The notes beneath the pieces are model-generated. The model worked only from the letters and a program-made list of their open reading frames with translations. It was not told where the DNA came from and made no database searches. Position numbers and translations under genes: made by a program. 64,000 bases of DNA, from NCBI RefSeq assembly GCF_000150275.1, contig NW_002060943.1, positions 794,239 through 858,238 on the forward strand, read 5' to 3'. Below, piece after piece: positions 15,101 through 28,100 of the stretch (the stretch's first letter is position 1; each line of letters opens with the position of its first letter). This DNA is from Trichoplax adhaerens (Eukaryota > Animalia > Placozoa).

Positions 15101-17988
15101 ATGCAAAGTAATAAAAATTGAAGCACAATTGACATAGGTCTAGCTCACTATCCTTTATTTGAATTTGATTCGTTACAAATAATACTATCAATTCCTCATC
15201 TGATGCAGTATTTTGAATATTTACTGTTTGCTCTCTTTTTAGTTTCGGAGTTGGCTATTGGCAGTCGGCTTTTCAATTACTTTAGGTTGCATATTTGCGA
15301 ATAGCTGGAGTACATATAGATCACTTTCAGGCCGATCTTACAGATTGAGAGTAAGTTATTACATGTATTAGCTATATTTCCATTTAATACTAGAATATAT
15401 CATACTGAACGAAAAGCTACGGATGCTCTATCTTCAACTGCTATTTACATAAAAATAAATTTTAGGTAGTCCTTTTAATATTGCATATTTAATTCACACA
15501 GCCATAAACAAAGCCACCTTAGCAACAGCGTTGCCACCTTCTTTCTTGACAACTTTATATTTACTTTTATGTTAACTTTTATGCAGACGGTAGCAAGATA
15601 ATTATTGTAATCCCTTCAATCACCTTTCTTATTTTATATTATTCAGTCTTGCCGGATTTGCTTTCAATTTTATAAATTATACGCTCAAAAAGGCATAATC
15701 TAGTCGTCGGACTGATCGCTATTACTTTTCTAACATTGCTTTTCCACCGCTTAATTTACTGTCGTTGTTATATATTGTCAAGATGTTATAGTCTCCATGA
15801 TTTTATAATCTAATTGGTTTATTAAATTATTTACAATAGTAATAAGTCTCGGTGATAGCATAACTCTGATAATCTTCTTTCCTGAATGAGCTCCAGTAAT
15901 ATACTAGTACATGCATGATTTCTAATTTTGCTCCATTTCTCTAATTATTACCTAGAAAATTAAAAAGAGCCATAGCTATGGCATTGCCATGTCTATCTTT
16001 ATTTTTAATATCATTTTATGTTCGCTACGAGCTACCGTTGATCAAGTAGAAATTTTTAATGATACAATATGGAGTCAGGTAAGGCCTACTGTAGGCATGA
16101 TGTCGTTAGAATTAGAATAATTACCGGTACCTCAACTTAGCTCTTTCACTCCTTCGTCATGGTCAAAGATTAACAGACTTTAAAATCTTTTCATTGTATT
16201 CTTTCAGAGACAAATTCAAAGCGATGGTGATATATTTGTTCTACAAGTCAGAATATGCCGTTTCAGTAAATATATTGTATGGGATGCGGTCATCTTTGGT
16301 ATTAACGGAATTATTCTACTTTTTGGAGCAATCACAGCTTGGCAAGCCCAACGTATCGATATTACTAATTCTAACTATGTTCGATATTTAGCTATTACCG
16401 CCTACAATTTAATAATTTCAACTAGTGTTGCTGTTACCATGAGCATTGTCATCGTAGAACGGCCAACTGTTCGATTTGTTCTGATTAGCTTTTTCATCAT
16501 ATTATCATCTCTATCAACAAACTGCTTGACATACTTACCTAAGGTAAAGTACCATTAAGAATACACTGATCTACCTAATTGCGCACTGGAATTTCAATAT
16601 AATGGTATCCAGTTTTAGCTGGCCCACTGATACATAAAAATTCCATTTTTGCGTAATCATTCCTTAATTAATAAATCTTTACTTACAGTTAGGTAGTTTC
16701 GAATACGCATGTACTATATTGATGTTTTCGGAGAAAATTACTAGTAACCTAAAGCAACTTTTAGCTTCCTAGATATAGGTTGAGAGTCTTCTAGAATTGA
16801 GTTAAATGCAGATGATTCTTTTCAATCTTGTCAGACATCATTGAATATAATTGTAATAGTTAGCCAATATTTCTTGAATTAATAGCAACTCTCCTATAGT
16901 AAAATTTCAGCAATATTCCCGATTGTAACAATAAATTGTCAAACAGTTATTAGTATCGCCTATATCTCTTTTCAAATTTCAATTCTATACTCACTACTCC
17001 GTATAGCCTTAACTTAAATATTAGCTTTCACTTGAGCAAAATATTTTAGAATACATCCACTTATGAATTATAATTTCTAGCCCTGCAATAGTTATCGATT
17101 GAACAAAGTACTTGTCTGAAATTTATCTCATTCTGAATTAGATACTTCAATGCTAAATAAACTGGCCGGTTCAGGATTATCCAGAGCATGATTAATAACA
17201 AATGATTATATTTAACTTCCCAGGATATTAATATGTCTTTTATATTTAAAAATTTAGACCGACATCTTCATTAGTTATTATTGAATTTATCTCTTTTACT
17301 TAGATCTTATAGAGCAAAATTGTAATTTTCCATCAATGCCGAAAATTTAAGTTACATTGTATTTACAATATAGATTCACCAAATGGTTAAAGACAGGAAG
17401 GGAATTCGAAGAAAGTCATTTCTAATTACCACTGGAAGGTCGAAAACATTATCGATGGTAGATGAACATGCTGAATTTAATTTATATAACGTTGAAACTC
17501 GGAAGCAACAATTACTTTCAAAGGTAGGATATTCAAATTCAATACTACATCGTCCAAATAATCCAAGTATTGAGACTTATATAGTAATTAAGATTGCTAA
17601 CAGAATAGCCATAGTAGGTACGGTCAATTACGGATTCATACTCATAAATTAAAATGACCATATGTTGACATAAAAATTTAGTATTCATGGGAGCATACTG
17701 ACTATTGTATGACGGAATAAAATTTTACTTGTTTCTTCGATATGATAAATTTAGTTAGAGAACGAAATCAAAGATTTAACAACAAAAATTACGGAAAAAG
17801 ATGCTGTAATTGAGAGAATATCAAAATATATCAACGATTTTATGAAGAAATACGTTGGAGAAGAAATAAATTTAGACCCAAGCTCAAGTACGACTATCGC
17901 TGATAGATTTCAAATTCATTCAGCTCAATCCTGCGATGCAAAGTTCAGCAATATATCATCTCATGAAGATAATCAAGTCTATGATTAA
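9175..17988 (+). CDS. GABA-B-receptor-like class C GPCR, gene 2 (complete, ~872 aa; Venus flytrap + divergent 7TM + coiled coil)
   Basis: 16 GT-AG exons joining in frame without stops: 9175-9459, 11459-11596, 12033-12203, 12295-12402, 12506-12571, 12731-12937, 13234-13485, 13943-14003, 14224-14313, 14687-14837, 14956-15094, 15243-15350, 15956-16078, 16208-16543, 17374-17523, 17755-17988 (2619 nt). Signal peptide; VFT motifs CDAG, GSSCS, LSY.SSSP, RTYPS, YVWMI.GW, AYDGIW, F.GITGPVSF..GDR; no cysteine-rich domain (GABA-B type rather than mGluR); 7TM ending LPK. Confidence 0.9.
10561..11148 (-). mobile_element. Solo LTR (588 bp) in intron 1 of gene 2
   Basis: Perfect terminal inverted repeat TGTCAC...GTGACA, flanked by a 5-bp direct repeat ATGCT (10556-10560 and 11149-11153). 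On the minus strand its termini (TGTCACGGT...GTTGTGACA) resemble the element at 44619-45219; strand assigned on that basis. Confidence 0.8.
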
Positions 17989-18933
17989 TTATCAAAGTTC
18001 AAATAATCTCTTTTCCGAAATATTATAGTTACTGAGGGTGATGAAAGCAAAGATATTTCATTACTGCGAGAAGCTGGATTAATAGCTCTGTAAATAATAA
18101 ATTTTTACTTGGCATAAAATTATTTGCGAACTTGCTTTTCAGAATATTTATGACATTTCATGTATGTACATATTTACTTTTAGCCATGAAAACCTTGTAA
18201 ATATTGAAATTCTTCGCTACTACTGTATTACAGTGCTACGAAATTTCACGAATTCTCATTTAAAGATAGAATTTACGATGATCGAGGCTTGAAATGATCA
18301 ATTTAGCTAAATAGCATGGATAATAAGTATAAGTATATTTAGAGAAAAATAATATCACGAAGACACTTTTGATTTATATTATTTCCATGATCTCTAAAAA
18401 TCAGAAATATTTAGCCTGTTCACAGCTAAACTTATATAGTTGTGTTTCTTTTTGGCCTATTCGATTAGTTATCTAAAGTCTCAGTTACTAGAAAATATTT
18501 GAATACTTTGCAATTTCTTTTATCTTTAATAGCAATACTGTAATACTATATACAGTATATCTTAATGGTAAATGTCTATATATTAAGTTTTCTCACACTG
18601 CAGATTTAGAATATCAGAAAAAGTAGCAATAACTTTAAATATTTCCGGATAATCTTAATTTATAAATTTACTGGCTGCCGGTTTATGTTTCGTATCTATA
18701 TCTCAATTTAATGCATTCCAATATAACATCGTTCATATTTACTGTTCTGAGTGATTAGAATCTTTACTTTCTGCACTTTATAAACATTGAATAACGCTAA
18801 CTTGATTAAATTTGGTAATAATTATCGATTCTCATTCTTAAAATATTTCTACTTTAAGGCTTGATCTGGCATCGTTTTACTTAATAAATAAGATCATTTT
18901 GTATAGTAGATTCTATTCATCTGTGGTTTAGAC

Positions 18934-19056
18934 CAATGGTTCCCAAACATTTTTGGCCAAAAATTCCTTTTTTAAGTACTTAGCTTATTTAATAAGTTCA
19001 ACCTAAAATCAGTAGGGAACCCCTTGAGAGTCACGACTCCAGGTTGGGAACCACTA
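18934..19056. mobile_element. Degenerate hAT (Charlie/Buster-like) MITE remnant, 123 bp
   Basis: Terminal inverted repeats CAATGGTTCCCAA ... TTGGGAACCACTA resemble the CAGTGGTTC(C/T)CAA ends of Charlie/Buster hAT elements. Left flank GTTTAGAC fits the nnnTAnnn target preference, but the right flank (ATTTGCAG) does not reproduce it. Confidence 0.55.
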
Positions 19057-22000
19057 ATTTGCAGCTTGACTCTTTTATTTAAACTATCAGTCAAGATTTA
19101 TCAATACATAAGATTTATTCTGAAAACGGACAAAGTTAAACTGAGTAAAATACACTGCATAGCGCTCAGGGTACATTAACTAAGTTAGCTATATATCTGT
19201 TTACTTTCCTGTTACAAATCTCCTTTGTAACAAGAAACCGGGGCTTAAACACTATCTTCATTAGTACTTGTGTTCCCAACTAACTTAGGGATCTATCGTA
19301 ATAGTACTAACTCTCAGCTACACAAAAAACTACTATTGAGTAATAGGTTGTGACGGAGTACAGACTCCGTCACAATTACCTATCGAGCGATGTACTGATA
19401 TTGATTTATATACAGTATAACGTTTTACATATTTTAATAAGTAAGTACATACTTTCATATTACTATCCAAGTACCGTACATAATAATCACTGACGTTTAT
19501 GCACTTTGCTAATTTTTCACTGAAATATGAATTCAGTTTCGTTTAAAGAGAGACTAGTGGTGCTACTGATCGCTCTGATGATAGGAGATCGTCAGTATTT
19601 AGAGTCGTATTGTAGGTAGATGTCGGGAAGGACAAATCTGGCTCATACACGTAGCGTTAGTTTGTCTCACGTTACAAATTTCGATTTGTAAAACATATTT
19701 AAAATTTCCTTCTTACCAAATTACACACAGTACCTACAGATGATAAAATATAGGATCATTATTTATTATTGATGAAGGAATTTATTAACTTGTAATCCAA
19801 TTTTATTCTACCACCGCACAATTATAAAATTTAATTAATAGAGTTTAATCAAATTTATCAATTAACGTTATAAAGTTGAACTCAATTCTGGCGGCGCTAG
19901 CAATCTAGATTAATCGATACTATTTCTATTGATATCATCACGACCAAGTTCGTCAGTGGCCAAGGCTTTTAATCTCTTCGGCTCAGTAATTGTATTATTA
20001 GTTCATTTACAAAATTATTACAATAAAATAGCTATTCCAACCCTAAATGTAGCACAAATACAATAGTGCTTGTCTACTTCAATCAAATTGATATTCTATT
20101 GCTTTCTCTGTTGGAAGACCATCGTCAGTTCCTAGTTCATGTCATTCTGTAAGAACAATATTCCAGCCCTGCAATTGCGTACAAATATTAACTAACGTAT
20201 TCATATCCATTTGTTTTCTGTCTCTTATCAACAAATAATTTTAATTCACATTGTAATAAATTTATATGAACATAAATAAATATTTTGCGATTATTATGTT
20301 AATTAAAAATATTTCATCCAAAAGTAGAAGCGATATAAATTTTTCTCAATCATATTATTTGATATCTACTCATTTATATGATGCGGAAAAATTTTAGACA
20401 AAAATCCGAAATGAAAACTTTTTTTATTGGTTCAAAATGGAAATCGCTATTATTTCTACAAGTTCCTTTTTTGCTTCCATTGATGTTAACAGCTGAATTA
20501 TTGCACATCGACAGCTTCTTATTATAAACCAACCTAGATGGAATAGGATTGGACAATAAAATGATCCTAAAATATGACAGCTAAAAGTCAATTCAAAAAC
20601 CAAATAAACCATCACGGTAATGTCGAGTATGAAGTTAAGCAAGAAAGCAGGATAAGGCATCTTTCAGTATAAACTTATCCTACCAAATTAACATATAATT
20701 ATTTCTGCACGCTATAATTCAACCTTAAGAAAATACTGATAAAAATTTAAACTTATCCTAGGATTCATGATCATTCCTATTTGTTTCTTGACATATTAGC
20801 AATTTTACAAATAATATATCTTAAAATTTCCAGCTAGAATGAATGCAAAATGGTAATAAATCTGATCTAGAGAAAGCTGTATTTTAAATTATCATTCATT
20901 ACTCTTGCTGTCTTATTGAATATATGTAATTATCTTAGGGTAATCTTATAACGAGCGATGTTTATTTATCTGAAAATTTAATTATTTTACAAACATTTGT
21001 CGTATGATATTATTGTATTTCAACTTTATTGCCGCTATTACTCTAAACCTTATAACTCTATAGCTTATTTCATAAGTTCGTTCATCCGAAAATAAATTAC
21101 GCAAGGACTTCGTTCATTACTTTTAATAGTTTTGGTTTAAACAATTACCCTGCAGTCTTTATAAATTCTAAACAATAAAATTTTATCATTCACATGTATT
21201 ATATGATTATATTTTGTGGATCAATTCAACTGAATCCAATTCAATCCTTTCAGCTACATTGGACAGGAAAAAAGTCATAATTATATATCATCGTAGTCAT
21301 CATACGACATATACACGGTCTGAAAAGCAGAAAATATAAAATACGTAAGATTATTTTAGACCTTATTTTAACTACTTACTATTAATAGAAGACTAATCAA
21401 GATTAATTGTAGATCAAGCAAACTACAAGCTTTAATAAGTTTATCGCAAGCAATTAGTATTGAACAGAATTCAAAGTCGAACATTAGACGAACATAAAAA
21501 TGAGAGAACTATCATACCCTATTCCCTCAAATAAATAGTTTACCCTATATAATAGCCAACTAAGTGTCAATTAGTCTGTGAAAATTAAGATATATAATTT
21601 TCAACTTCTTCAAATGAGAAAATAATGGAAAAGCATTAACATAGATATGTATTTTTTCCATTACTTGTAAAATATCATTTATTGTTTAACTATGTAATCT
21701 TTATGAGGTCAGATAGGCGTGTCTATCTTACTGTTGTACTGATTTTAAGCAAACGGCTATTGGGAATCATTCGAGCTAATGATTGAATCATTTTTTGATT
21801 ATACGATTATGATCGATCAATTAATTCGTTAATTCATTTAAATTTTTGACATATGTAAGAGAAAATTAATATTAAGATGAAAATCAATGTTGAAATTTTA
21901 ATGGTATATTGACCTTTTACTGACTAAGCTTGATATTGAATGCCGTAACCTTAATCCGAAATGTTCATTCGTTCACCGGCACGAAAATAACGATAAATGA

Positions 22001-25000
22001 AACAAAGCTGAGATCTTGATATTCTTTTTCCTTTTTCCTAGTCTTTCCTTAAATCTTACAATAATAGATAAAACATCGATATTTTTACTGGAAATTTCTA
22101 AAATTGTCTAAAACTTCGCTCGAACCGAAAAAGAAAGTGATAGCGTAAGAAATAAAGTCTTTATTAAATTTCTTTTAATTTTGGCCAAACTTTACAAAGA
22201 TACTCTCAAATTCGAGCTACAATCGTGAACAATAACAAATGCAAAATCTTATCCACTTGTATATTATTCCTATTAAATATGATAGCAGACAATCGTCATC
22301 TTCCTTCGAATTTTTTCAAGTTCTTAATTGTCTGATCCATAAACACCGGATGATCAATTGTTGTCTATATATTAGCAGTCTGAAATACCTTGTGGCCAAT
22401 GAAAGAAAATGTAAGACTAATTTTCAGTTACGAATCAGACAGTCATTAGCTTATTTAGTCTACGTAAATAACAAATAATTCATCATAGGCATAAAGGACA
22501 TAGAATAACGTGGATAGAGGGGTAACTCAAGCATTGTTTCATAATACTGCTCGGAGAGTAAGGCCTTGGACCATTACCAACTGATCCATAAATATTCAAA
22601 TCATTTTCAAAGGTTAACAGGAACTTAGGTGTCGACTATAGGTATGATGGAAATTAAATTCTGATGAGTTATTTCGGATTTTTCATATCAGTACTTTGCC
22701 TTTTTAATATGCTATTTTTAGTGTAGGTATAAGAATAAATTGACGATCAAAGCCTGAAAACCCTTCATCTTTTCCAGTAATAGTATTAATAAAATCTCTG
22801 ATACTGAAACGTTTAAATTCTGATTTAATGATATTTCAAGGCCTGATAATTACTTTATGAAATTACTTGCCCTTAACATATACCTTGTACTATAGTTAAA
22901 AAATAGATTATGCAATGTATTTAAAATTAAATTTTAATTTTGTATTTGGTAATTAAATAATTACTAGCTATCATTCAGCCAATATGACAGACTATACCGA
23001 TTCAGTAGCTTAATAAATTGTTGTACAGGAGCGCTTACCGAAAAATTAATCCATACAAATACCAGATCTTTCTATAATTTTGACAGAGATTTGGAATTGC
23101 ATGAAGGTAGGACTGCTTTTGAAGCAAAGTTAATTCTCATAAAATACCATGTTGTCCCTTTATTTGTTTGTTTGTCTATCTAGCCTAGGTAATTAAGAGA
23201 AGTAATGACTAAAGCCTTAACGTTTTACTTAATTACTAAATTTAAGATATCTTTTATGATATGTAAACAAGATCTGAATCCTAGAATAGGCTCTAATAAA
23301 ACTGCGATAGCCAAGAATCGACGTAATACATCATTCACTGTAGTTTGCACAGTAACACACGTAAATATTGCATATAAATGGTATTTATAGGTATCTAGAA
23401 TGAGTAGATACTATTTCAATTTAAAATTAATACAGTATACTATTGAACGCAATATAGCCACATTACTTTAATGAATACAAGCTCACCTTTCATTTTAAAT
23501 TGAGTGAAGTAATATTGCTATCATTATCATTATTACTACTGGTAAATGCTAAATTTTCGTGCCTGAAATTAGAGAGAAAAATTATTTTACATAATGTAAA
23601 ATAAGACTCTATCCGTATAAGCCGAAATTTTGTGACATTGTTTAGGGAAATCTTTAATTAGAATTATTCAAATTCGATACTATAATAGAAACATTAAATT
23701 TTTTTATATTTTTAGCGTATATGCTAAATATCTGACATTGAATACTATTAAAATACACGTATCACAATACTACATTTAAGGCCATTAGATTAACTTTAGA
23801 CATTTGGTAAAGTGCCTACCCTTATTACTACTATATTTTCATACTTAAAGTTTCAGCAAATGTGAGGAAGATAGTATTACTTTACTTTCCCTTATCTGAC
23901 TCTTTAACAATTCGCACCTAAGGTCTCAACATAAATTGCAAAACTTCATGTCGTATCGTATCCTATCTTAATGTGAAATGTCTCTTAAAGTACATCGTTG
24001 CTAAAATTAAATAATTCGGTCTCTTATTTGATAGATACAAAGGGGATCTGAATAAATCTAATTCTATTAAAATTTCGCTAGTAAAGAGTATTATCGGTTA
24101 TTTTTAAGAACTCTACTATGAACTACATTTATTTCCATCCTAAACAGCCACTCGTGATAGAGATCGAATGCAATCTTTTGACAACCATACAATCAAGTAG
24201 GATTATTCATTTTAATTTTAATAGCTGAATGAGTATAGTATATTGTTTGATATTTATGGCTTTGAATTCCGCTAGGTAAGTTGATTGATTGAATTTAATC
24301 AGTGAGGAAATGAAGAATATTTTCTCTATAATAATGTTCGCAAGTTACGCTTAATTGATACAGTGTATTCAATTTTCGTTCTGGTATGTTTTTATGGTAG
24401 CTATAAAGAACTAAAGGTATGCAAATAATAATATTAGGTCTACTTGATAGCTACAATTTATCATAAGCCAGACAAATACCTAAATATGTTACCGACCTTA
24501 ATTTGTGGAATCTAGTAGCATACGTTGAGATGGTAATTTTGACGCTTTTATTGTCACTAACAATTAATTGAGGTTAGTATTTACTATAATGCCACTGGGC
24601 CATTTACTATATTAAATACAGAATAAATATGGGAAATATCCTCGATTATCGCTATTTCTTATTTAACATATTTAGTATAAGATATTAATCTACGTCTTTA
24701 TTCGGGAATCTACCGCTGAATCTAAGAACTACTATCTGTCGGAATAATATTGATCCAATTTAGGTTACAGATTTATAACGAAAATATTGATATGACCGAT
24801 CTAGGTCCTACTGCATGTATTTACATTATATTTAGCAATAGAAGTCTGAGAAGCTGGATAACAGTCTCCATACCCTTAATATAGTCTAAATGTAAATATT
24901 CACACATAAAAACTACTCACGGTAATTAAGTACCGTGACAACCTATATATATGATGAAAACAACAGTTATGTTCTCTACTACAACTTATTCAAAGTAAAT

Positions 25001-25128
25001 CTATAATACATAAGCTTAATCTAACTTCTATCCCTCCGACGGTAATACCGCAGTGGTCATAAAAGAATTTGATCATTAATCATTTTTCAAACAGAAAACG
25101 GAAAAATCGCTATATCTGTTGGGAAAAA

Positions 25129-28100
25129 ATGGCAAACAGGCTAATCATTATGACAGCTATCGCTTTCATTTTATCCTTAAAAGCTAGAAGAAATCTCGTT
25201 GTAGCCTGCCAGAGTATGCCAATGCAAAATCGACATCCGATCACTATCTTGGGAGGCTTTAGTTTAAGTGGTGGCTGGATTGGTGGTGGCTCTGTTGGTG
25301 CTGCCATACTAGGACTACAGCATATCAACCAAAATTCATCTTTACTACCCAAATACTACTTAAATATGACATGGAGCGACACCAAGGTAATTCTTACAAA
25401 CTCTACATCTATCAATTCTTATTGTAATGCTACAAATGAGATTAAGACAGCTGTCCCGATCTTTTTTATTGCCATTTCTACATATCTGATTAGCTTAGTA
25501 CATTTAATTTTACATAGCATTAATTATTTTACCAAGTATACCAATAATTTGCATGTCTCGGTGTATAGGCTAATCTTGAATATCCTCTGTAGTCTAAGAT
25601 CTGAATTATTGGTCAAACTGCAAAGTATAGGAGCATAATTTAAGAAAATACGTTTGACCTACTAGGTCATTTGCAATATTTTCTCATCGATTTTAACTAT
25701 ACATAGCGAAATGATTACATATTTAGTGTCAAGCAGGATCCGGTGTGGAAGCTCTATTTAATCAGTTAAGTATAGAACCGGTTAAAATGTTAGTTTTAGC
25801 TGCAAGCTGTTCAGTCTCCACCATACCTCAAACGCAATTCTCTCAGCATTTCAAAATTCTACAGGTATCCTTCAATTTTTTGATAGCCTACTTAGGGCTG
25901 GATATTTTCATGACATCAATACTTTTATAATATTTCGACATTCAAGCTGATTAAAAAATTTTATATGAGCTGTAGATGATATGATAATAGTGCGATACTG
26001 AGTTTTATATTGATCTTAATAATTTAGTTATCTTATGCCGCTGCATCGCCATTATTGAATAATCGCAAGAAGTATCCAAATTTTTTCCGAACTTACCCAT
26101 CGGATACCAACCTCAACCCTACTCGAATTCAGTTGTGTAAAAGATTTAAATGGAAAAATATTGCAATCATATATGAGAATGATGATACGAGGGTTTTCTA
26201 CGAGGTTACTACTTAATCTATTTCATTAGATTGAGCCTTTCAGACCAATCTTGTATTAAATCGAATGATTATTTTTATGATGTTTTCAGGCTTTGAAGCC
26301 ATTATTAACTTTAGCCAAAGAAAATAACATAACTATCACTGCACTACAAAGTTTTATACCTGGAAGTGATCCATTAGATGCTCTAATGAATATAAAAGTT
26401 GGTTCATTTTACATTATTAATTCTAATATACTATTAAACCATTGAAGAAATGAGGATAAAACTTACAATTTTACCTAATAATTTACTGTATTATATATCT
26501 ATAGGAAGTGAAAACAAAGATTATTGTAGGAGGATTCTACGCAAAAGCGAGTCGTGCTGTTTTTTGTCGGGTAATAAATACCATTATAATTCTCTTTGAT
26601 TAGAGCTACCTCTTGCATAAAAATTGATTTATCCAATATAAGAATAACCAAATATTGATTAATCTTGGTAATTTAACTATGGTTTAAACTCACTACCTAG
26701 GCCTATCATTTAAATTTAACTGGCCCAAGTTATGTATGGATGATCTATGGCTGGTATGGAGAGCAGTGGTGGAAAACTCCAAATGGAGTACATATTGGAG
26801 ATGTTTACTGCAATAATTCACAAATGGAACAAGCTGTCGAAGGCTATTTCTCTACAGAAGCCGTTCCTATCTCAGTTCTACATAAAAAAACAATTTCTGG
26901 ACTGGTAAAATGTTGCTTTAATTCCGTAAAAGCTGTGTGTTATTGTTTGGTATCATTAAGAACTTTACTGAAGTTTAAAACTTTATTTAGCCGCCAATTC
27001 ATTAAGCATATCTCTTGAGATTGATAGTTCGTATTATTACTTAGCCTACTTTAGTTATCAATACTAAATCTCACGGATAAGCATGAACTGTAAAATTTAT
27101 TATTTCGACTATCTGAAAAGATCTTAATGGTACCCTTTCTTTAACTTTTAAAACTGTTTCGAAAGAGCGACAGCATTTTTATTTATGAATGACAAAACTG
27201 ATCGCAATCGAACATTAACAGCATCATTATATTAATTTTTCTGTTATATCATAGGAGTGTACAAACTCCATGTCTTTCTTTCAAAGCAAATCTGTTGTGT
27301 GCCCTTTTTTAATTTCGATATTACATTTTCGTCGTTAGACCCCATCAGAATGGGTTAACATTTACAGCAAGTATCAGGAACACCCAAAATTGCCAAAAGG
27401 ATCTGAAGAATTAGCAGCATTTGCCTACGATGCAGTTTGGGCAATAGCTTTAATGCTAAATCAATCCATACCGAAATTGGAAGCTATCAATAAATCCTTA
27501 CACAATTTCAAGTATTACGATCAAGATTTTTATCGCATTCTGAAAGAAGAAATGTCCAAAGTCTCCTTTCTTGGCATTACGGTATGTATAAAAAATTTAT
27601 CGCATTTAGTTATGTGATATATACCAATCATGAGATTCCAAATTTTAGAAAAATAAGGGCTTTATTGAATCTTATACAAAGATTAACTACACACAGCTCT
27701 ACTCTAGCCGAATACTACTTCTAAAGACTTCTACAACGAACTAATAGAATAATCTAAAGTTGCATGCTTTTATAATTTCCGTAGCATTCGCAGCTACAAT
27801 CCGCATGGCAACCTTTTACCTTATTTTATACATAGTTAAATTATTCTTAGTAAGACTATTCTACTGCGGACCATCATTAATCCAATATGGATACGACTAC
27901 AGTACTTACGTAGACATTATTCACACCAGCCAAAGTACAATGAATTAACCATATCATAATATATGATTTACAGTTCTATTTTTACCTATATATAGCCTTA
28001 TTAGTAACTCAACACCTTACTGTATATAGTCATCTGTATTCTAGCATAGAGTCTCTACCACTACAGTCTATAGCTATAGCTACCAAATATTTCTTAGGAT

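Noticed and set aside
14917-15191. Minus-strand ORFs overlapping coding exons (also 25110-25352, 40654-40902 and 62344-62599)
   Set aside because: Antisense shadows of real + strand exons.
20374-20660. Two overlapping minus-strand ORFs between genes 2 and 3
   Set aside because: No recognisable motif and no consistent exon chain; expected by chance.
27760-27948. 62-aa ORF repeated three times (also 45800-45988 and 61365-61553), superficially a small membrane-peptide family
   Set aside because: It lies inside near-identical LTR copies, antisense to the LTR TATA/polyA direction, starts at TTG, and several differences between copies are non-synonymous. Recent common origin explains why it stays open.
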